DNA from: a virus
Strand: one strand, 5' to 3'
IMG/VR virus record: IMGVR_UViG_3300023176_007894
Span: 46,946-110,945 of that record
DNA: 64,000 nt
Shown here: positions 57,761 to 64,000 of the stretch, piece after piece
Layout: the number at the start of each line of letters is the position of its first letter
How positions within the stretch are numbered: position 1 is the first letter of the stretch
Made by a program: the position numbers and the translations under genes
The notes under the pieces: model-generated
Databases searched by the model: none
The model's input: only the letters and a program-made list of their open reading frames with translations
Told to the model about the DNA's origin: nothing

Positions 57761-58533
57761 ATATAGCATTATGTTTTAGCGGCAAATTAGGAGATTGGAA
57801 GGAATCAAGAGATTCAATCATTGAAAATATCATCAATCCGCTCAAGCCTGACATTTTCTTTTCTACATGGAAAAATGAAGACTACGATGATTTCGGCATG
57901 TTTTACAAACCAAAAGGGTGGACAGTTCTAGATCAAGAAGCAACTAGTTTTTTTGACATATTTAATTTTAATGTAGAACCAAGTCCAGGCTTACTACCAA
58001 TGTTGCTAGGCATGAAATCAGTATATAAAATTTGTACCCAAAACAACAAGAAGAAATACGACGCAATAATTAGAATCAGGCCAGATATCCAGGTCTTGGA
58101 GCAAATCAAGGTTCATGAGATAAAAGATTGCGTGAAAAATAAAATAATTAGATTACCATATTTTGAAAGCGACAATATCTACAACCACGAAGAAGAATTA
58201 AAAAAAGAATTCTCATTTAGTTTCGTCTACGACAAGGCCTCGCTACCGAATCAAATAAATGATCAAATAGCAGTCGGACATCCCGAGGCAATGAAAAAAT
58301 ATATGACATGCCTAGACAATTATGTTCATGCTGTAAACCTACTCTGGAACGAAGGCTATCCCGAGTATATGATTAAAGTACCAGAATCAGTTTTAACAAT
58401 ATGTCTCAACTTAAAAAACTGCAGATACAAAAAGCTAACAGGAACAAATTCCTTTGGCAACCTAAATACAGTTTTATGCAAAGACGGAAACAAATGGAGA
58501 AATAAAGGACACCACTCCGTTCAATTATCATGA
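57757..58533 (+). CDS. Putative glycosyltransferase-like protein
   Basis: IALCFSG, YDAIIRIRPD and INDQIAVG; located in the glycan cluster. Confidence 0.5.
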   Translation: MNIALCFSGKLGDWKESRDSIIENIINPLKPDIFFSTWKNEDYDDFGMFYKPKGWTVLDQEATSFFDIFNFNVEPSPGLLPMLLGMKSVYKICTQNNKKKYDAIIRIRPDIQVLEQIKVHEIKDCVKNKIIRLPYFESDNIYNHEEELKKEFSFSFVYDKASLPNQINDQIAVGHPEAMKKYMTCLDNYVHAVNLLWNEGYPEYMIKVPESVLTICLNLKNCRYKKLTGTNSFGNLNTVLCKDGNKWRNKGHHSVQLS

Positions 58534-59486
58534 ATATTTTCTTTCCAGATATACATATAACCTTAACCAAAAATTTTGCCAAAGCGGTTGAAAAACTCGG
58601 GCATAACCTAGTATTACCATCCAAGGATTACAAGATATCCCATTTACCTCCACAGAATTGGGTCTGGAATGACAACCATGACAATTCATCCATAGATAAA
58701 CATGGACTGCCAAGCTCGACTAAGTTCGTAAACAATGAGGAGCTTTTTGATTTAAAACCAGAAATCATTTTTGTTACAGCTTTCGAAAACCAATTTGAGG
58801 TAATTAATCATATCTGGGAAGAGGCTAAAAATTGGGGAGCTAAATTAGTATTTTATAGCGGAAATGACTACTGGGATACGGCTTACCCATGGGACATTAT
58901 AGAAAACTATATGCCCGCAGACCAGCTAGCTTCTATTTTATGTAGAAAACATCAAAAGAACTATATTCATTACAGGCCATGGATAGATTATGAAATGTTT
59001 TCATTCGACAAAACCAGTGACTCAAATTCCATAGGAACTTACATTTGCGAATACGAAAAAAATTTTCCAGATGATTTCAAAATATACCAACACATAACAC
59101 ACAATACTCCATTTGACTATATATTATGCGAGAAAAACACTAAGCAAGAAACTGCAGACATAATGAATGAAAGTTTTTGTTCGCTCCACATAAAGAGATT
59201 AGAAGGATATGGTTTCGCTATTATAGAAAGTATGGCCAGAGGCCGTCCAGTCTTCTTCTGGGAACCTCTCACAGTAAACAAAAGCTACCTACAATGGCTA
59301 GAGTTAGGCGTTACTGGATTTACATTCAGAGACATAAATGACTATATTTCTCAAATCAATTTTCTACATCAAGAAGATGATTTTAGGAGAGAATGTCAAT
59401 CAGCTTGCGCTCAAAAAATAAGATCCTTAATAAACAACGAAGAACAAAATGAAATATTAAATAATTTTTTAAACAACTTAAAATAA
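58530..59486 (+). CDS. Glycosyltransferase (GT4-like)
   Basis: EGYGFAIIESMARGRPV and GVTGF. Confidence 0.72.
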   Translation: MNIFFPDIHITLTKNFAKAVEKLGHNLVLPSKDYKISHLPPQNWVWNDNHDNSSIDKHGLPSSTKFVNNEELFDLKPEIIFVTAFENQFEVINHIWEEAKNWGAKLVFYSGNDYWDTAYPWDIIENYMPADQLASILCRKHQKNYIHYRPWIDYEMFSFDKTSDSNSIGTYICEYEKNFPDDFKIYQHITHNTPFDYILCEKNTKQETADIMNESFCSLHIKRLEGYGFAIIESMARGRPVFFWEPLTVNKSYLQWLELGVTGFTFRDINDYISQINFLHQEDDFRRECQSACAQKIRSLINNEEQNEILNNFLNNLK

Positions 59487-60181
59487 TGAAGCTTTTAATT
59501 AATCTCCCAACAAGATCCAGGTCGCAGAAGGCATTCGATATACTTGAAAAATATCAAAACCTTTCTACTTACGAAAATACTCACTACGTAATAAGTTGCG
59601 ACAATGATGACGCAACAATGAATAATTCAGAAATTATATCAAAGCTTAAATCTTTGAAGAATACAAGTGTTGTTTTTAATGAAAATAGAATGATTAAAGG
59701 TTCGATGAAAAGTAACTTTACTACAAAGATATGTGCAATAAACTCAGGAGTAGAGAATCAGGATTTCGACATATGCTTGCTCGCAAGTGATGATATGCAC
59801 CCAGAAATCGAGGGGTACGACTCAATCATTGTCGATGACATGAAAAAATACTTTCCAGACACAGACGGAGTACTTTGGTATAACGACGGCTATCAAGGGG
59901 ACAAATTAAATACCTTATGCATATTGGGAAAAAAGTATTACGATAGATTTGGATACATCTACCACCCGTCCTATATAACCCTATATTGCGATGATGAATT
60001 TACAAAAGTCTCACAAAGATTAAATAAATGCCAATACATTAACAAAACCATAATTAGGCATAAGCATTGGTCCCACAATGACAACACAAATAACCGCGAT
60101 CAACTTGATCAAAAAAATGACCTCTTTGCCGGTCACGATGAACAAAACTTTAGACAAAGATTACAAAATGATTTTGCATGA
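59486..60181 (+). CDS. Glycosyltransferase (GT-A/GT2-like)
   Basis: LPTRSR, DNDD, ASDDM, YCDDE and HKHW. Confidence 0.68.
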   Translation: MKLLINLPTRSRSQKAFDILEKYQNLSTYENTHYVISCDNDDATMNNSEIISKLKSLKNTSVVFNENRMIKGSMKSNFTTKICAINSGVENQDFDICLLASDDMHPEIEGYDSIIVDDMKKYFPDTDGVLWYNDGYQGDKLNTLCILGKKYYDRFGYIYHPSYITLYCDDEFTKVSQRLNKCQYINKTIIRHKHWSHNDNTNNRDQLDQKNDLFAGHDEQNFRQRLQNDFA

Positions 60182-60710
60182 CAAGAAAATAATTTTTGTT
60201 CACGCCCCCAGAACTAGCGGCACATCCATAGAGAACGAAATATTAAGCGACCAGCTCGTACCTGACACACAGAAGCATTTAAGGGCGAGTCAAATCAGAT
60301 CCACTATAAAAGAACAGTGGAATGATTATTTTAAGTTTACTATCGTAAGAAACCCCTGGGATAGAGTAATATCAATGTATCACCAAGTATTCCATCAAGC
60401 CTACGGCATAAGAGGAAACAAACCGCTAGAGTTTTTTCTGCAATATTATAGACCAGCCCCATGGGAGCACGGCATCCAGTGTTCTGATTATGCCGACGAA
60501 GAAATGGATTTGATTATCAAATTCGAAGACAGAGAACATGGATTAAAAAAATTAGAGGAAGCTACTGGATTAAAAATTAACTCGTCCAGGAAATCCAGAT
60601 CTCGCGAGCGAGAGAAAAAAGATTACCGCGAATACTATAATGATTTTACAAAAAACTCTGTAGCCAAATATTTCGCTAAAGATATCAAACTATATAATTA
60701 TTCTTTTTAA
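60168..60710 (+). CDS. Sulfotransferase (Sulfotransfer_2-like)
   Basis: 5'-PSB FVHAPRTSGTS and 3'-PB VRNPWDRVISMY. Confidence 0.8.
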   Translation: MILHDKKIIFVHAPRTSGTSIENEILSDQLVPDTQKHLRASQIRSTIKEQWNDYFKFTIVRNPWDRVISMYHQVFHQAYGIRGNKPLEFFLQYYRPAPWEHGIQCSDYADEEMDLIIKFEDREHGLKKLEEATGLKINSSRKSRSREREKKDYREYYNDFTKNSVAKYFAKDIKLYNYSF

Positions 60711-60711
60711 A

Positions 60712-61581
60712 ATGAAAGTATCTGTAATCAACGGAAACAAAGAAACATTATTCGACAAAATACTAGGAAGGCCATTTTCTAGCAACTTAGATAAAATTGA
60801 ATATACAGACAACCATAAAATTGCAGACGCAATATTAATTCACCTCCACTATCTAAACTGCAATCAAGAATTCGTATCCATATCCGAAAGCCAAGAGTAT
60901 AAAAAATATGGCGAAAAGTGTTTTTGCCTAGCGATGCATGACACACCAAGTTTTGCGTATTCCGACAAAATTTGTCATAAATTCATATGCCAACCTCTTC
61001 TGTCTAGAGAGGAGAACTTAAAATATAAAATAATATCAATACCGCTAACCATGAGGCATTTTGAATATAAAATGACTCGAGACAGAGGCTTCATTACTGA
61101 ATGCAGGAATACAAAAAAAATAAATAACTTTTGCTTTTTCGGGCAGACTGGTTACGCAAGCAGAGATTTGATATACAATAAGGTTCTTCCTAAATTTGAC
61201 AAAGAAATAACCAAGCCAATTTGGCATATACAAAATGAAGAAGACCGAATAGCCTTAAATAAAAATTTCTGCAATAGACTCGCACAATCTAAATACGCCT
61301 TCGCCCCAAGAGGGGCAGGAAGCAGTTCCTTTAGGGCTTACCAATCTATGATGTCAGGAACCGTACCCATTATTTCTGGAATGACTGATTACCCCTTCTC
61401 GGACGAAGTAGACTGGAGTTCATTTGCAATAACAAAAAACATAGATCACATCTCATTATTAGATAAAACGGACAAAGAATATGAGGCTATGAGAAGAATG
61501 TCGATTTCATTTTGGGATCAATATGTTGATATCGAGAATTGTGACAAAATTTTATTCAATAAATATATTTGTGGAAATTAA
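60712..61581 (+). CDS. Exostosin/GT47-like glycosyltransferase
   Basis: SKYAFAPRGAGSSSFRAYQSMMSGTVPII..PFSDEVDW. Confidence 0.75.
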   Translation: MKVSVINGNKETLFDKILGRPFSSNLDKIEYTDNHKIADAILIHLHYLNCNQEFVSISESQEYKKYGEKCFCLAMHDTPSFAYSDKICHKFICQPLLSREENLKYKIISIPLTMRHFEYKMTRDRGFITECRNTKKINNFCFFGQTGYASRDLIYNKVLPKFDKEITKPIWHIQNEEDRIALNKNFCNRLAQSKYAFAPRGAGSSSFRAYQSMMSGTVPIISGMTDYPFSDEVDWSSFAITKNIDHISLLDKTDKEYEAMRRMSISFWDQYVDIENCDKILFNKYICGN

Positions 61582-61607
61582 TGCTTTTATTTCAATAATC
61601 ATATATC

Positions 61608-62273
61608 ATGAATAAAAGATATGGTAGTGAGGAATTGATGAGGCTCTGGTTTGACCTCGACAAGTATAAAGCAAGTAAATGCTGGGAAAGGAATGAGGCG
61701 TTAAAAAACTTAAGACCCTCACTAAACACACTTAAGGGTAAAAAGGATCTAGTGGGAGTTGAATCCGGTATAGGGAGCTGCATAAATTCATTAAATATTT
61801 ACAACAATCTAGACATCAAAAAGCTTTACCTAATTGACGTTAATGATCCGCCTAGAGAACCGGGAACTTCATTAATAAAAAATGATAATATCATTTTCCT
61901 AAAAGGTAATTCAATAGACAAGCTTAATGAAATTGAAGATGAGCTAGATTTTGTATATCTAGACTCTAGCCATGAATTCAATCATTTACTAAATGAAATA
62001 CGAATCATTTATCCCAAGCTGAAAGAAGGAGGGCTCATGGGTGGACACGACTATGAACACATAGGCGTAGTCTCAGCAGTAAACACTCTAATGTTTAATA
62101 TCTGGAGGCAGATTAAACAAAAGCCTGATAATTTCTTTTTCGAATCTTGCAATGACAACCACCCAGGAATGCCTGAGGAATACAGAGATTTTGGATTCCC
62201 AGTGGATTGGTGGCACATCAAAAACAATAACCTACCCAGCGATTTTCAAATAAACGAATTAAGAAATGGCTAG
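61608..62273 (+). CDS. Class I SAM-dependent methyltransferase (Methyltransf_24-like)
   Basis: VESGIG, DFVYLDSSH and LKEGGLMGGHDY. Confidence 0.8.
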   Translation: MNKRYGSEELMRLWFDLDKYKASKCWERNEALKNLRPSLNTLKGKKDLVGVESGIGSCINSLNIYNNLDIKKLYLIDVNDPPREPGTSLIKNDNIIFLKGNSIDKLNEIEDELDFVYLDSSHEFNHLLNEIRIIYPKLKEGGLMGGHDYEHIGVVSAVNTLMFNIWRQIKQKPDNFFFESCNDNHPGMPEEYRDFGFPVDWWHIKNNNLPSDFQINELRNG

Positions 62274-63087
62274 CGTAAAAATAAAAATTTTCATAGTAAC
62301 CTACTTAGGTGAAAAAAGATTACCATTAACACTAGCTTCACTATTTGATAGCGACATTAATGATTTTGATTATGAGGTATATTTGATAAACAATCATAGC
62401 AAACTAGTATTGCCCGAAAAATACAAAAACAAAATAAAAGTACTAAACAATAACCTAAGACCAGATTGGTCGTGCGGTCATCTATCAAGAAATTGGAATC
62501 AAGCAATCATTCATGGATTTAAATCACTAAAAAATCCCGAATGCGACATTCTTGTTTGTAGTCAAGACGATTCTATTTTCAAGCCCGACTGGGCATCAAA
62601 ATGCGTTAGTATACATAATAAATATTCTTTTATACAGAATGGCCACGGAGATCAGTTTCACTCTTATTTACCAGAATCCATTATAAAGACTGGGTTATGG
62701 GATGAAAGATTTTGCAGTTTATTCAGGCAGGCTGCAGATTATTTTTGGAGATGCGTAATGCACAACAGAAAAGGTTCATCAATTCAAGATACAGAACACC
62801 ACAGAGTCATAAACTCAATATTCTTAGATAACCCAGATGAATCTAGAGCTTACTTAGTTGATCCAGATGTTAGAAAAATAGATGGAATTTCATGGAATCC
62901 TGCGGATCGTTTTAATGATTCAATTTCATTAAACCTTCTAATCAAAAAATTCGGATTTGATCCATACCCATGGACGCAAGAAAAGGTAAATTCAATTCCA
63001 TCAAGAACTCTTTGCGATAATTATATCACATACCCTTATTTCGAAAAGGATATAGCTGATTTAAAATCCAAGGGTTATGTAGTATAA
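62266..63087 (+). CDS. Glycosyltransferase (GT2-like)
   Basis: IFIVTY, SRNWNQ, SQDD and GLWDERF. Confidence 0.68.
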   Translation: MASVKIKIFIVTYLGEKRLPLTLASLFDSDINDFDYEVYLINNHSKLVLPEKYKNKIKVLNNNLRPDWSCGHLSRNWNQAIIHGFKSLKNPECDILVCSQDDSIFKPDWASKCVSIHNKYSFIQNGHGDQFHSYLPESIIKTGLWDERFCSLFRQAADYFWRCVMHNRKGSSIQDTEHHRVINSIFLDNPDESRAYLVDPDVRKIDGISWNPADRFNDSISLNLLIKKFGFDPYPWTQEKVNSIPSRTLCDNYITYPYFEKDIADLKSKGYVV

Positions 63088-63088
63088 A

Positions 63089-64000
63089 ATGATCAAAGCG
63101 GTACTATTTGACCTAGATGGAGTTCTAGTAAATTCAAGGGAATTGCACTATCATTGCTTAAATGAGTCCTTAAGGTCTATAGATGAAAAATATGTTATAG
63201 CCAGAGAAGAGCATTTATCAACCTATGATGGACTACCAACAAGCAAAAAGTTAAACAAATTAACAGAGCTCAAAGGATTACCTGAGAATCTCCACGATCA
63301 AGTTTGGAGAAACAAGCAAAAAGCGACTGTAGATTTTATAAATGAAAAAATATCTCCAGATGAAAAAGTAATTTCTATATTAAGAACCTTAAAAGAATCA
63401 GGCTTAAAGATGTGTGTTTGCTCTAACTCGATACGAGAAACCACAAAAATGATTTTATTGAGAAAAGGGCTCATTGAATATATAGAGTTTTACGTAACAA
63501 ACGAAGACGTGAAACACCCAAAGCCCAATCCTGAAATGTATCTAAAGGCCATGATTAACCTAGGTTTAGCACCAAAAGAATGTGTTATTGTGGAAGATTC
63601 TCATATAGGAAGAAAAGCTGCACTACTATCTGGAGCTCACTTATGCGGAGTAATGAATGCAAATGATCTCGAATTATCAAAAATAGAATATATTATAGAT
63701 AAAGCAAATACAAACTCAAAAATCAACCCTAAATGGCAAGGCGGTAAAATGAACATTTTAATTCCAATGGCGGGAGCAGGATCTCGATTTCAACAGGCAG
63801 GCTATACCTTCCCAAAGCCTCTCATAGAGGTAAGGGGCAAGCCAATGATACAAACAGTCGTAGATAACATAAATATCGACGCAAGGCATATATTTATTGT
63901 ACAAAAAGAGCATTACGAATCATACAGTCTAAAAGAGACCCTTGAGATTATATCTCCTGGCTGCGAAATTGTTATTGTTGACGAACTCACTGAAGGTGCA
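63089..64000 (+). CDS. HAD phosphatase fused to sugar nucleotidyltransferase (3'-truncated; absent from ORF track)
   Basis: Hand translation gives MIKAVLFDLDGVL..KPNP..VEDS, continuing in frame into ILIPMAGAGSRF..PKPLI. Open to the window end. Confidence 0.85.
   Translation, partial: MIKAVLFDLDGVLVNSRELHYHCLNESLRSIDEKYVIAREEHLSTYDGLPTSKKLNKLTELKGLPENLHDQVWRNKQKATVDFINEKISPDEKVISILRTLKESGLKMCVCSNSIRETTKMILLRKGLIEYIEFYVTNEDVKHPKPNPEMYLKAMINLGLAPKECVIVEDSHIGRKAALLSGAHLCGVMNANDLELSKIEYIIDKANTNSKINPKWQGGKMNILIPMAGAGSRFQQAGYTFPKPLIEVRGKPMIQTVVDNINIDARHIFIVQKEHYESYSLKETLEIISPGCEIVIVDELTEGA

Noticed and set aside
479-61783. Many short antisense or alternate-frame ORFs in the ORF track
   Set aside because: They lie within well-supported genes, have no recognisable motifs and lack promoter signals, so they are treated as shadow ORFs.
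1-64000. Stop-codon reassignment as in some large phages
   Set aside because: Standard-code ORFs tile the window with full-length conserved proteins, and TAA, TGA and TAG all end genes.
1-64000. Eukaryotic giant virus origin suggested by SET, exostosin and GT34 genes
   Set aside because: Portal, sigma70 promoters, DnaE/DnaB/DnaG/SSB, intrinsic terminators and S74 fibres indicate a tailed bacteriophage.
1-64000. tRNA or other structured ncRNA genes
   Set aside because: Intergenic gaps are short and no cloverleaf or T-loop signatures were seen by eye. tRNAscan-SE or Infernal would be needed to exclude them fully.

Overview
This is a 64-kb, AT-rich, densely coding segment of a large tailed dsDNA bacteriophage. 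It uses the standard genetic code, and I saw no tRNA, rRNA or CRISPR. Virion genes: a 5'-truncated major capsid protein, portal, several fibre/adhesin proteins (two with S74 intramolecular chaperones) and repeat proteins. Replication genes: split DNA polymerase III (PHP + DEDDh exonuclease + alpha core, with a SET-domain gene between), DnaB, DnaG-like primase, RecA, SSB, dNMP kinase and NrdAB. It also encodes a sigma factor, a chaperone set (ClpC, Hsp20, J-domain) and a large glycan-building toolkit. The host is inferred to be a PVC bacterium (Verrucomicrobia/Planctomycetes) from DUF1501/DUF1549/DUF1553 genes. Main observations: (1) an intact periplasmic vWA + DUF1549/1553 haem protein + 2x DUF1501 module under phage-type promoters; (2) two promoter classes, canonical sigma70 and a recurrent GTGTA motif 9-12 nt before ATG, both implying mostly leaderless mRNA; (3) an NrdB with class Ic (Mn/Fe, radical-Tyr-less) signature; (4) extensive glycosylation, sulfation and methylation genes; (5) fibre genes assembled from shared DNA cassettes; (6) a candidate replication origin near 56.4 kb. 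All family assignments come from motifs recognised by eye, not from database searches.
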